From the IMG/VR virus record IMGVR_UViG_3300037742_000043, positions 1-51,160 of that record: a stretch of 51,160 nucleotides of DNA. The stretch is one strand, 5' to 3'. Positions 19,404 through 27,891 of the stretch are shown here, piece after piece. Origin of the DNA: a virus. Below the pieces are notes generated by a model, which ran no database searches, was not told the origin of the DNA, and was given only the letters and a program-made list of their open reading frames with translations. The translations under genes and the position numbers were made by a program. Numbering within the stretch: position 1 is the first letter of the stretch; every line of letters starts with the position of its first letter.

Positions 19404-19966
19404 TTCAACACCTTAATCTTCTCACTCCCATCAACAGATGCACCTGTGACATGTGCGTGCATCTCTTCGACCATTTGTGCACGGCGCAAGCCTTCAGCAA
19501 GCGCATCCCGCTTGGGCTCACTATTGAGAACGTTAAACTGCGTATTGTTCGTGATGTTGATCGTGTTGCCTGCACCGATGTGTTTGTCGGCAGAGACAAG
19601 AGTGTCAAAGGCTTTCATGTTGAGCGGCGCACAGGCGAGAGGGGCCATGGTTTGCAGCTTGTCATCCTGAAGAAAGTCAAGAATGCGCTGCTGAGCCAAG
19701 GCGATTGCCTGCACCCGCTGCTCTGGCATCTGCAATGTCTTCTTCGCCATGATCTCTGCTTCGACCGTGGCGATAATAATCTTAGCCTTACGCGACGTGC
19801 AGATAACCGCAATCGTAGTCTCTGCGTAGTTGTACTTCTCAGCAATCTCTGTGTTGTTCATCCCTTGAATTCTATCCATTACAATTGCTGTGTGGACAGG
19901 CTTCCAGTTTTTGACCATCAAATTGCCGTTACCTTCGCCTTTTTTGCGTCGCGCAAACTCGATCAT
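19400..19966 (-). CDS. putative terminase small subunit (HTH protein), 188 aa
   Basis: Lies upstream of TerL. HTH-like GMNNTEIAEKYNYAETTIAVI. AAGGA RBS. Confidence 0.5.
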   Translation of the reverse strand: MIEFARRKKGEGNGNLMVKNWKPVHTAIVMDRIQGMNNTEIAEKYNYAETTIAVICTSRKAKIIIATVEAEIMAKKTLQMPEQRVQAIALAQQRILDFLQDDKLQTMAPLACAPLNMKAFDTLVSADKHIGAGNTINITNNTQFNVLNSEPKRDALAEGLRRAQMVEEMHAHVTGASVDGSEKIKVLK

Positions 19967-19990
19967 GATTTTATCCTTCGAATAGTGTTG

Positions 19991-20131
19991 CTATTTAGCT
20001 GGTGGGAACTGTGGCTTTGACAGTCGTTTGCGCATCTTTGATAGTGTCTTTGCATTTACTGTCATCTTCTTCTTAGGGACCCTTTTCAACACCTTGGCCG
20101 GCGCGAAGGGTCCCTTTGCTTTTTCTGCCAT
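19991..20131 (-). CDS. small highly basic protein, 46 aa
   Basis: Internal ATG with AGAGG RBS. K/R-rich (MAEKAKGPFAPAKVLKRVPKKK...). Below the track cutoff from this start. Confidence 0.35.
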   Translation of the reverse strand: MAEKAKGPFAPAKVLKRVPKKKMTVNAKTLSKMRKRLSKPQFPPAK

Positions 20132-20162
20132 CTTTGACCTCTTTAAAAATGAAGAGGGGAGA

Positions 20163-20363
20163 CTACAGCGGATTTGCAGTAATGGCCGCCGCGATCTTCG
20201 TCTGATCCGCGTCCAGTGAATCTGCAAGTGCAGTCAGGGCCGCAGGATCATTCACGCTATCGCGAATCTTCTGGGCCAAGCCTTCAATCAACGTAACTGC
20301 CGATGCCGCAACAGTCTTCGTCTCTGCAACTTCAGCGGTCAGGCGATCAAGTTCTACGCTCAT
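20163..20363 (-). CDS. hypothetical protein, 66 aa
   Basis: A/L/T-rich helical ORF in the late operon. Confidence 0.5.
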   Translation of the reverse strand: MSVELDRLTAEVAETKTVAASAVTLIEGLAQKIRDSVNDPAALTALADSLDADQTKIAAAITANPL

Positions 20364-20426
20364 GATTTCTTTCCTTTTGTTTTAAGTGACTTTGCTGCCT
20401 CTCGAACAGATTGTTCGAGCCTCTTT

Positions 20427-20744
20427 CTACTCTTCGCTAGATCTTTTGCTAGATTCACGAGAGTTAGGTTCGTCGTAGCTTCTCTTTTGTACAGTCTTTC
20501 GAGGAGCCAAGTTAGAAACCTCATCCTTTTCCTCCTTTGGCGAGAGAAGAGATTCAAGATTGTCAACCTTTCTCTTGAGATAGGTAATCTCTTCTGTCAT
20601 TGCAGTACGCTGTGAGTTGACAATCTCGTGGATTTTATCTGTTTCCTCTTGGTTCTTCTGGAGCATTTTGATGATGATGGTACTGACGACTGAGGCGATG
20701 GAGGTGACTGCGCCGATCATGGCAACGATTACTGTGTCTGTCAT
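20427..20744 (-). CDS. membrane-anchored coiled-coil protein, 105 aa
   Basis: ATGA coupling to the upstream gene. N-terminal TM (VIVAMIGAVTSIASVVSTIII) followed by a charged helical region. Confidence 0.55.
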   Translation of the reverse strand: MTDTVIVAMIGAVTSIASVVSTIIIKMLQKNQEETDKIHEIVNSQRTAMTEEITYLKRKVDNLESLLSPKEEKDEVSNLAPRKTVQKRSYDEPNSRESSKRSSEE

Positions 20745-22090
20745 CTAAGTCTCCGGCGTCGGTAGAACCAGAGGTCATCTGGGGTTGTGCTGCCTGAACC
20801 GGTGCCGCCACCATCTGATCGCGCCGCACGCATCGTGATTGTTGCGCCTTGCATGTCGTGCGACTGAGTTCGCTTTTTGCTCTCTTTTGTCTGAATCACT
20901 TGCCTTTTACGTCCACCAGATGACTCGATGTTTGTAAAGACAATCGAGGATCGTTCGACAGTCAGCAATCCACTCGCACCAGTCACGACTTTCCAATCTA
21001 CTTGATCAGTCGGCAGGAAGTCAACAGTGTTGGTTGTGTCTTCAAAGAATCCAGTTGCCGCTGCGCCGACTGTGATGGTGATGGCGGTATCGACGCCGTT
21101 CTTTCGAAGTGTGAAGACAGAGTTGCCGGATGTGGCGTTGGCGCTGACGTAGACGTTGGCAAGAGAGGCGCGTGCGATAAACTGGATTGGGCGTTGGACA
21201 TCGACTTCAGTAGAGGCAAAGATACAGTTGCCTGAAATGTAGTCGAATCTGGTCGAGGCTGCGGCGACAGCTTGAGTGCCTTGGCAGACATACTGGACCT
21301 GCTGGGCAACACTTATGATCTCAGCCGACTGAATCGCGTTGAAGTTCTCAGTACTAGCGCCGCCAAGAATGAATCTATTGACCAGATCGCCAATAACTAG
21401 TGCGTCTGTATTTATTGTATCCTCAAACAGACCAGTGAGACCAGCGCCAATGGTGTTGACGTTTGAACCGTCAGCGCCATTCTTGCGTAAGCCTGTGAAC
21501 GTTGTGGTCGTACGGGCGTTTGTGCCTACGATTGTCTGATACCACTTTAAGTCCGCTGCGATTTTGATTCGAATTTGATCGGCGATGGACTCTGATCCTA
21601 CGAGAAGTTGTGCGCCGCCAAGACGCATAAAGTTACGTGTGGCGTTCGCAGTGTAGAATGCAGACTGTGTTGCGTTATAGGTACAGGCGGTTAAGCCAGC
21701 GTCAGCGTTGAAGACAGGTCCGAATGCAACGAGAATGATGGATGTTCCTCCAGCGGGGCAGACAACACTTGCAGAGATCAGATCAGTGGCGACAACTGTG
21801 TCGAAGTTGATTGCGTCAGTAAATTCTCCTGTCAGTCCAGCACCGATCGTAATAACCTGATTCCCATTTGCACCATTCTTTCTAAACCTGATTGTGCATG
21901 TACCAGTTAGAGTATTGGTGATGACACGAACGTAGAGATTGCTGTATACTCCCGGCGTCCGCACTCTCTTCTGAATATTCGCTTCAGTCGTACTGGATGT
22001 TACACCAGTTGACGTAATGGCGACGAATGAAGTTGTATTCTGATTGAAAGCGAAGTTCGATCTGCCAGCGATTTGCGAGATCTTTGTCAT
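20741..22090 (-). CDS. triple-repeat structural protein (putative fibre/receptor-binding), 449 aa
   Basis: Start moved to ATG 22090 (TAATG overlap with the upstream stop). Three internal repeats share the signature RKNG-x5-8-(I/V)-x-(I/V)GA-x2-TG-x-F-x-D..N.D. Confidence 0.5.
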   Translation of the reverse strand: MTKISQIAGRSNFAFNQNTTSFVAITSTGVTSSTTEANIQKRVRTPGVYSNLYVRVITNTLTGTCTIRFRKNGANGNQVITIGAGLTGEFTDAINFDTVVATDLISASVVCPAGGTSIILVAFGPVFNADAGLTACTYNATQSAFYTANATRNFMRLGGAQLLVGSESIADQIRIKIAADLKWYQTIVGTNARTTTTFTGLRKNGADGSNVNTIGAGLTGLFEDTINTDALVIGDLVNRFILGGASTENFNAIQSAEIISVAQQVQYVCQGTQAVAAASTRFDYISGNCIFASTEVDVQRPIQFIARASLANVYVSANATSGNSVFTLRKNGVDTAITITVGAAATGFFEDTTNTVDFLPTDQVDWKVVTGASGLLTVERSSIVFTNIESSGGRKRQVIQTKESKKRTQSHDMQGATITMRAARSDGGGTGSGSTTPDDLWFYRRRRLR

Positions 22091-24138
22091 TATGTGCCAA
22101 GCCTCGCCATGACGATATTGAAGATGTTCCACTGAAGTCCGTAGTCTTGACCGTCGGGCGCAGATTGATAACCGATAGAGGTCGGGAGTAGCGTATAGTC
22201 TTTCGCCGCAACATTCGTAAACTGCATGGCCGCGATGCTGTTTGCCTGCAATTGATTATTGTATTGAACGTTTGAAGTAGAGACGAAGTTGTTTGAGAAG
22301 GAAGATCCGACAGGATTTACATGGTTATCGAAACATGTTTGTCCTGTTAAGCCGCCACCGTTTGAAGCCATGAGAAACGTAGGCGCTGCGTCTCTGCCGA
22401 CCATAATATTCTGCTCAATCACAGTCGCATATTGATCTGTGCCGAGGCTTTGGAATACTATGGACTTTCCATACGAAGATGCTGGTGAAGCGACGAGATT
22501 GTTCCACTTGATTGTGATGTCATGAATTAGCGTCCCGTTCATGAGGATTGGAACCCCGCCGTTTGACCCGGTATATAGTGATCCTACGATATTATTATTC
22601 GCGATGTAGATGCGATTTGTTTCGTTGGGGTTGGAGGCAGAGGAGAATTGTTTTGGCACAATTGCGATTCCACTTGGCCAACTGACTTGAGAAAAGTCGT
22701 TGTTTGTAAAGTGGATGTCTTGTGTGTTTGTATAGATGTTTGGACCGAATTGATCTGTGAGCCGGATGATGACAGCTTGCTGTTGTGCCGCACCGTCATG
22801 GACACCTAGAAGTCTATTTCCATCCATAAGAATGCGCACACCAAACTTTAGCTCCAACCAGTTCTTACAATCTCCATAATCCGGGTCCATGTGGATGATG
22901 TTCTGAGAGAAGTCTGCATCCTTTAGAAGCATGTCTCCGGTCGGGCCGGGGAGACCCCCGCCACCAGTGAAGACTCCGCCAACAGCATCACCACCTACAG
23001 ACATATAGTTGTTGGTAACCTTGTATGGTCCGGGACCAAACATGATATTCACACACGCTGAATCAGCCCCGTCAATACCAACACGCTCCATGTAGCAATT
23101 GAAGATTGCTACGTTCGTTCCACCAGCATAGATCAACTTCTTAATTTTGTTTGACATTCCAACACGCGCAAAACCATCAAACACACACTGCTCAAACATG
23201 ATGTCTTGACAGTAGTTGGCGAGGACAGTGTTGGCGGATGGTTGGAGAAAGATCAAGCCTGTTCCTGCTTGGCTTACATCATTGCGATTTGTGAAGAGGA
23301 TGCCGCGGAATCTTATGTGTGATGCGCCATTGTTCTGTCCCATGACTGGAACATCTGCACCTGTTGGGTACATTTCAGGCATGAAAGCACGATCTGCGGA
23401 GGATGCTGTGTTCGCATGACTGCCTCTGTTTGTACCATTGGAATCTTGCGGCGGCAGAGAGGCATGTGCAGATGTGCAGACTTCAAGTCTAAATCCATGC
23501 GCGTTGTTGCGAAGAGTCAGTGCTCCTGCGAAAAGCACGCCGGGATCAATCAACAATCTCTTATTCTGTGTCGCTGTTGACGCGAATGTGCTCAAGTAGG
23601 AGTTGAGATTCGCCATGTTTGTCGCGGCGACACCTGTATCGGTGAAGCTTTCTTCGACATCAGGTATCCAAGGGGCGGTGTTGACTGTAGTTCCTTCCCA
23701 GAGTCCTGTAGAGGTGTTGAATGTGATGCCGACAGGCGGAGTGTATGGGGTGTTCAGCCATTCGAAGTCGCCGGGAGCGAGGATGTTGATGTCGAGCGGC
23801 GACGTGACTGTGGATACACCGACACCTGTTGCTTCAATGATCAATGAATTTGCACCAAGGGGCGCGTCCTCTGCAACCAATACCTCCACTTCACTTACTA
23901 ATGTCGCACCACTTAATACAGACGGATTGAATGATGCGGTTACGCCAGCGGGGAGATTGATGGCGGTAAGCGTTACATCACTTGTGTAATTCGTTCGAAC
24001 CAGATTGACAAAGAACTGTCCAGAGAATCCTTGAGTGATGTCACCGGAACCAAGCGTGACCGAGATGGAGATCTCACTCAGAGGGGGCGGGATCGGCGGA
24101 GATGTCGGAAATGCTGCCCTGCGCATGATTACTGACAT
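22090..24138 (-). CDS. right-handed beta-helix (pectate-lyase-like) tail fibre/spike protein, 682 aa
   Basis: Repeated short hydrophobic-N/G rungs (IRFRGILFTN, IMFEQCVFDG, VAIFNCYMER, NNYMSVGGD, IYIANNNIVG) after an Ig-like N-terminal segment. Confidence 0.6.
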   Translation of the reverse strand: MSVIMRRAAFPTSPPIPPPLSEISISVTLGSGDITQGFSGQFFVNLVRTNYTSDVTLTAINLPAGVTASFNPSVLSGATLVSEVEVLVAEDAPLGANSLIIEATGVGVSTVTSPLDINILAPGDFEWLNTPYTPPVGITFNTSTGLWEGTTVNTAPWIPDVEESFTDTGVAATNMANLNSYLSTFASTATQNKRLLIDPGVLFAGALTLRNNAHGFRLEVCTSAHASLPPQDSNGTNRGSHANTASSADRAFMPEMYPTGADVPVMGQNNGASHIRFRGILFTNRNDVSQAGTGLIFLQPSANTVLANYCQDIMFEQCVFDGFARVGMSNKIKKLIYAGGTNVAIFNCYMERVGIDGADSACVNIMFGPGPYKVTNNYMSVGGDAVGGVFTGGGGLPGPTGDMLLKDADFSQNIIHMDPDYGDCKNWLELKFGVRILMDGNRLLGVHDGAAQQQAVIIRLTDQFGPNIYTNTQDIHFTNNDFSQVSWPSGIAIVPKQFSSASNPNETNRIYIANNNIVGSLYTGSNGGVPILMNGTLIHDITIKWNNLVASPASSYGKSIVFQSLGTDQYATVIEQNIMVGRDAAPTFLMASNGGGLTGQTCFDNHVNPVGSSFSNNFVSTSNVQYNNQLQANSIAAMQFTNVAAKDYTLLPTSIGYQSAPDGQDYGLQWNIFNIVMARLGT

Positions 24139-24151
24139 CTATGATCCTAGA

Positions 24152-24637
24152 TTATTCGTGGAAAGTTACTTCGTAGTAGGCGAGGATTCCGGCGGCCCGG
24201 GCTGAGGCAGAGGTCAGTTCGACTGAGATGTTGCTATTGATCGCGGCTTCGAGCCACATGCCGTCTGGATCTTCGAAGAATCTCTCAATCTCACTGCCGG
24301 TTGGGCAGGTGAATGTTGCGAGAAGATCAGGTGATCCCGGAGTTGGCTCGGTGAGATAAGCGTTGTTGACTGTTCCTTGAACAGCGCCTGAAGAAGATCC
24401 ATATTGTAGAATAGGTGTAACAGCAGTGAATTGTCCGCCTGCTGAATCTGCTCCACGATTTCTATACACACGCACAATGATTGGTTCATCAGTCGAGGTG
24501 ATTGAGCCATCTGCAACCAAGATTCGACCAATATTCGCGCGCCGCGCTGTTGCATGAGTATTCATACGAACCGCTGTTTTCTTCGTAGCAGCCACTAAGT
24601 TCGTCGAGCCTGCTACAGTGAATACAAGTTCTGCCAT
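24152..24637 (-). CDS. hypothetical structural protein, 161 aa
   Basis: ORF in the late operon, upstream of the fibre gene. Confidence 0.5.
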   Translation of the reverse strand: MAELVFTVAGSTNLVAATKKTAVRMNTHATARRANIGRILVADGSITSTDEPIIVRVYRNRGADSAGGQFTAVTPILQYGSSSGAVQGTVNNAYLTEPTPGSPDLLATFTCPTGSEIERFFEDPDGMWLEAAINSNISVELTSASARAAGILAYYEVTFHE

Positions 24638-24649
24638 GATAGGTCTCGG

Positions 24650-25024
24650 TTAGTTAGTTGCTTGGCCGACAATGTAGTATGTCGTATCTTCGAGCACTGG
24701 AGCGGCGGCGACAATGCGAAAGGCGCGTGGGATTACGAGGAAGACGTAGGGTTGAGCGTTGCCAGCGGCGGGCGTTACTTGCTGAACAGCAGGCGGGCCG
24801 CCATCGAAGTACGGAAACCAGTCTGCTGCGTTCGTTACAACGTCAGTATCCTTAAAGTTTCTCCACGCAAGCTGAATGTTCGCTGGAGCTACTTGATTTG
24901 ACGGCGAATAGATGAAAAGACCTGCTGATCCGCCAAACGCTTTCCAATTTCGCACTACGTCTGAGACTGAATTGCCTTCTGTGATCGTGACTTGAAGGGC
25001 AATTGGAGTCGATGAAGTTCCCAT
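24650..25024 (-). CDS. hypothetical structural protein, 124 aa
   Basis: AAGGA RBS, in the late operon. Confidence 0.5.
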   Translation of the reverse strand: MGTSSTPIALQVTITEGNSVSDVVRNWKAFGGSAGLFIYSPSNQVAPANIQLAWRNFKDTDVVTNAADWFPYFDGGPPAVQQVTPAAGNAQPYVFLVIPRAFRIVAAAPVLEDTTYYIVGQATN

Positions 25025-25034
25025 TGTCTATTCC

Positions 25035-25307
25035 TTAGTCTGAGGTTCCAAGAACTTCGTCTTCTTTGTTCTGGGCGCGCTTTTCTTCGATCATTGCGAG
25101 CCGTTGTTCGTGGGAGATCTGGGCAATCATGGAAATATCCTTCAATTTGATGCGAATAGTTGAACCGTATTCATTTTCGCCGTCGAAGAAGTCCTTTTTA
25201 CTCTCCCAAGCTGCGCAGACTTTGTCATAATCGTCAAAAGAGAGTCGAGTTGTGAGCCTCGTGGAGAAGATGACCTCTGTAAATGGATGATATTGAGGGT
25301 CTGACAT
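25035..25307 (-). CDS. hypothetical protein, first gene of the late operon, 90 aa
   Basis: ATG at 25307. The track start at 25346 is a TTG. Confidence 0.45.
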   Translation of the reverse strand: MSDPQYHPFTEVIFSTRLTTRLSFDDYDKVCAAWESKKDFFDGENEYGSTIRIKLKDISMIAQISHEQRLAMIEEKRAQNKEDEVLGTSD

Positions 25308-25525
25308 GCAGAATGGGCCGGGGCGGGAGGGCTGTTGATGGGGCAACAGAGCAAGAGGGTCGCGCGCGTGAGATTGCCTTGACGATATAGCCCGTAGGGT
25401 AGATTGTCAAGAGTTTTCCACAAGAATTAACAGTGCGCCTGCGGCCTTGGCGATAGCCTATCTACCCAAATAGGTAGAAGTCTAGGCAAAAATATGCAAA
25501 CTAAGGCAACATTGCTGAATTTTTA

Positions 25526-25571
25526 GTGAAAATTTTAGAGCCTTTTTGAAAATTGAGTAAAATTTTAGAGC
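25526..25571. repeat. two copies of AAAATTTTAGAGC spaced 30 nt apart
   Basis: The 13-mer is identical at 25529-25541 and 25559-25571, each preceded by AGT(G). GAAAATTG lies between the copies. Confidence 0.8.
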
Positions 25572-25635
25572 GACTTGGTAATTTATAATCATGTCTAATC
25601 ATTTTCCCTTACCCTCGGGCTTGGCTTTATGCTCT

Positions 25636-25688
25636 TGCGCGTGCGTGTGTGCGCATGATGCGCGTGTGTGTACGTGTGTGCGTGCGCG
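25636..25688. repeat. alternating purine-pyrimidine (GC/GT) tract, 53 nt
   Basis: Perfect R-Y alternation over 25636-25657 and 25658-25688, with one phase slip. Confidence 0.85.
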
Positions 25689-25845
25689 ATTCATCTGTGC
25701 GCGAGTGGTGAATGAGCAATATTCGTAATCATTCCTTAATCTGTTCGTTACAATTGGGTAGTTGACACCCTATTGCGTCTACCTAGATTGATCGTCACTA
25801 GGCTGTGCGGCACCAATGCCGAGATTATCTTTAGGGAGGGACACC

Positions 25846-25983
25846 ATGTACATCATCACTGAAACAAACGGAACTGTGAACTATTGCTCGCTTGCTGAGT
25901 GGCGAGAATTGGATGTATGCGCAATCATGCGTGACTGTTTGTCTGTCGATTCCGTCGTCTACTGTTCTGAGATTGGGGAATGA
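25846..25983 (+). CDS. hypothetical small protein, 45 aa
   Basis: Read by hand (below the track cutoff). GGGAGGG RBS and ATGA coupling to the next ORF. Confidence 0.45.
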   Translation: MYIITETNGTVNYCSLAEWRELDVCAIMRDCLSVDSVVYCSEIGE

Positions 25984-26195
25984 GGTATCACGTTCAGCCG
26001 CAAGTAATCGGCAAGCGTGCGTCAGTCTTTGAGTCTGACGATAAAGAGGCGACGATTCTCTTTATTACCTCATATGGTGATTGCACCGTGTGGGAAGATG
26101 GCAAGCAATGTTTGATAAATCACACAAATAACCTCGGAGTGTTCTACTTCCGTGGTGAGACAACGCTATTTGAAGGTTGCGAGGTGCAAGCATGA
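25980..26195 (+). CDS. hypothetical protein, 71 aa
   Basis: Track ORF, coupled on both sides. Confidence 0.55.
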   Translation: MRYHVQPQVIGKRASVFESDDKEATILFITSYGDCTVWEDGKQCLINHTNNLGVFYFRGETTLFEGCEVQA

Positions 26196-26266
26196 TCTTA
26201 GTACTAGTAATCTCGCTGCTACTCGGCGTAGTCTTTGGCTTTATTTGGAGTCAAAAGGATGAATAA
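26192..26266 (+). CDS. possible 24-aa hydrophobic peptide
   Basis: ATGA coupling. MILVLVISLLLGVVFGFIW... Read by hand. Confidence 0.25.
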   Translation: MILVLVISLLLGVVFGFIWSQKDE

Positions 26267-26372
26267 GATAGAGGATACAGAGGATTGCGCCGACGAATCT
26301 TTCCCGACTTTGTTCCTTATGGCCATGCTTGAGGATCAATTGGCGGCATTTGTCGATACTGAAGCGGAATAA
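26259..26372 (+). CDS. possible acidic 37-aa protein
   Basis: Overlaps the previous stop. Read by hand. Confidence 0.25.
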   Translation: MNKIEDTEDCADESFPTLFLMAMLEDQLAAFVDTEAE

Positions 26373-26489
26373 TCAGCCAGATCAGCTTTTCAACTGCATC
26401 GAGGCGACTTTTTGATTTTGTAGAAGATAGGGGCATTTTCGCCTAAAAACACCTGAAAGTACTAGGATTTCACCTGATTTTGTCCAAAA

Positions 26490-26726
26490 CTACTCCCCAT
26501 TACTACCCAACCAATCCCCCCCTCTCACCTAGGAACATACAGTAGGTTATGATACGTCGCTTCTCATAGGTCTGTGGTTGTGTGTGTTCCTTTAGTCCCC
26601 CCCCCATTTCTCTACCTACGGTAAGAACACACAAACCAACCACAAGCAACAACGAGACATGACGCATGTTATCCTACTGCTAGTTGCTAGGTGAGGAGGG
26701 GACCTCGTTTGCCTAGTAGTAGGGAG
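26490..26726. repeat. long imperfect inverted repeat / hairpin with a C9 apex
   Basis: Nested perfect helices: 26524-32/26687-95 (9 bp), 26540-46/26673-79 (7), 26555-58/26661-64 (4), 26574-80/26637-43 (7), 26581-89/26625-33 (9). C9 run at 26597-26605. Confidence 0.8.
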
Positions 26727-26818
26727 CATTCTCGCGCATTCCCCCCGCACTTTCAGGCATTTTGCTAGTACTCTCGCGCGATTCTGTCCCCAATTCCCAT
26801 CATCCCAAAAATCACCTC

Positions 26819-26846
26819 TTGACACATTTGTTTTTTGTCTTATGAT
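26819..26846 (+). promoter_or_regulatory. sigma70-type promoter
   Basis: TTGACA (26819-24), 16-nt spacer, TATGAT (26841-46), about 55 nt upstream of the 26902 ORF. Confidence 0.6.
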
Positions 26847-26901
26847 GTTGCATCAGTATATCAACAGTATCGGAGTTTCATAATCCATCAGAGAGGCTGT
26901 T

Positions 26902-27216
26902 ATGAGGAAGAACACACAGGAAGTGATGAAAGCATGGCGGAATGGTGATGCTAAGCGTTCATGTGAGGCAATTTGGACGGATGGCGAGGATGTTTTCTCA
27001 TACTGGACATGCCTACTAACGACAGCAGAGAACGGAAGATTAGTGTTTAACGCCACAAGCTACAGCCCTACAACCAGCAGGCAGCAAAGTGGAATGTTGT
27101 TATTCTTGCGTGACAATGGTAGTGAAGTCTTTTCGACTTACAACCATGATAGGGGCGCTTCACCATATTCATTAGTAAAGGCGTATGAAGCTGTTACGAA
27201 AAAGGGAGATGAGTAG
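26902..27216 (+). CDS. hypothetical protein, 104 aa
   Basis: GAGAGG RBS. First ORF after the promoter. Confidence 0.65.
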   Translation: MRKNTQEVMKAWRNGDAKRSCEAIWTDGEDVFSYWTCLLTTAENGRLVFNATSYSPTTSRQQSGMLLFLRDNGSEVFSTYNHDRGASPYSLVKAYEAVTKKGDE

Positions 27217-27334
27217 TCTGTAGGGTAGATTGCTCCCGGCAGTCATTCTATTGACTGGCCAGCGCTCGAAGCGTAAGGGAGCCCTTGGTTGTTGATCGTT
27301 ATTCCATGCAGTCCTACACTCACGGGAGATAGAT

Positions 27335-27511
27335 ATGAGGTTTAGTCAGGAAATGCTGAAGCGATTTGAGGCGTATAAGGCAACGGCGAGGGAATTGGAA
27401 TTGGGACTTTGTGACGTTGTGACCTTTCTTGAAGCCCACGCACTGTGGAATCAGCATGTTGCAGCGTGGGAACGGGAATGTTGTGCGGCCAGCAACTATG
27501 GAGCCTTTTGA
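27335..27511 (+). CDS. hypothetical protein, 58 aa
   Basis: Read by hand. GGGAG RBS. The stop lies 2 nt before the next ATG. Confidence 0.45.
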   Translation: MRFSQEMLKRFEAYKATARELELGLCDVVTFLEAHALWNQHVAAWERECCAASNYGAF

Positions 27512-27513
27512 CC

Positions 27514-27891
27514 ATGTCGTTTTCACACTTTGTAGACGGCTATCTAGACTGTGCGCTATGGGCAGCAACGGAAGATGATGATAACGGTACACCTCTAGAC
27601 GAACGCTGTAATTCAAATGATTGGACAGATCAAGCAAAGGCAAAGGCGACGGCTGATTGTCTAGACTTTTGGAACGTGAATAGTCATTTGTGGCTAGGCG
27701 GCGATAATCACTGGACGCGCAATGGAGACAGTTACGCCGGTCACGACTTCTATTTGACTCGCAATGGTCATGGAGCGGGATTTTGGGATAGAGGCGAGGG
27801 AGAGTTAGGCGAGACACTTACACAAGCCGCAAAAGTCTATAGTGAGACTCATATCTGGGCCGATGATGACAACAAACTTCACTTGGAGTAG
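27514..27891 (+). CDS. hypothetical protein with an HDFYLTRNGHGAGFWD motif, 125 aa
   Basis: Start moved to ATG 27514 (GGAG RBS). Confidence 0.6.
   Translation: MSFSHFVDGYLDCALWAATEDDDNGTPLDERCNSNDWTDQAKAKATADCLDFWNVNSHLWLGGDNHWTRNGDSYAGHDFYLTRNGHGAGFWDRGEGELGETLTQAAKVYSETHIWADDDNKLHLE

Larger units (their letters stand above)
25347..25845. promoter_or_regulatory. divergent control region between the late (-) and early (+) operons
   Basis: About 500 nt without credible ORFs. Contains repeated motifs, a TATAAT at 25584-25589, TTGACG at 25379-25384 and an alternating purine-pyrimidine tract. Confidence 0.7.

Noticed and set aside
26616-26825. 69-aa minus-strand ORF inside the inverted-repeat region
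   Set aside because: It has no RBS, runs through the hairpin arms and the -35 box, and has odd composition. The region is better explained as non-coding structure.
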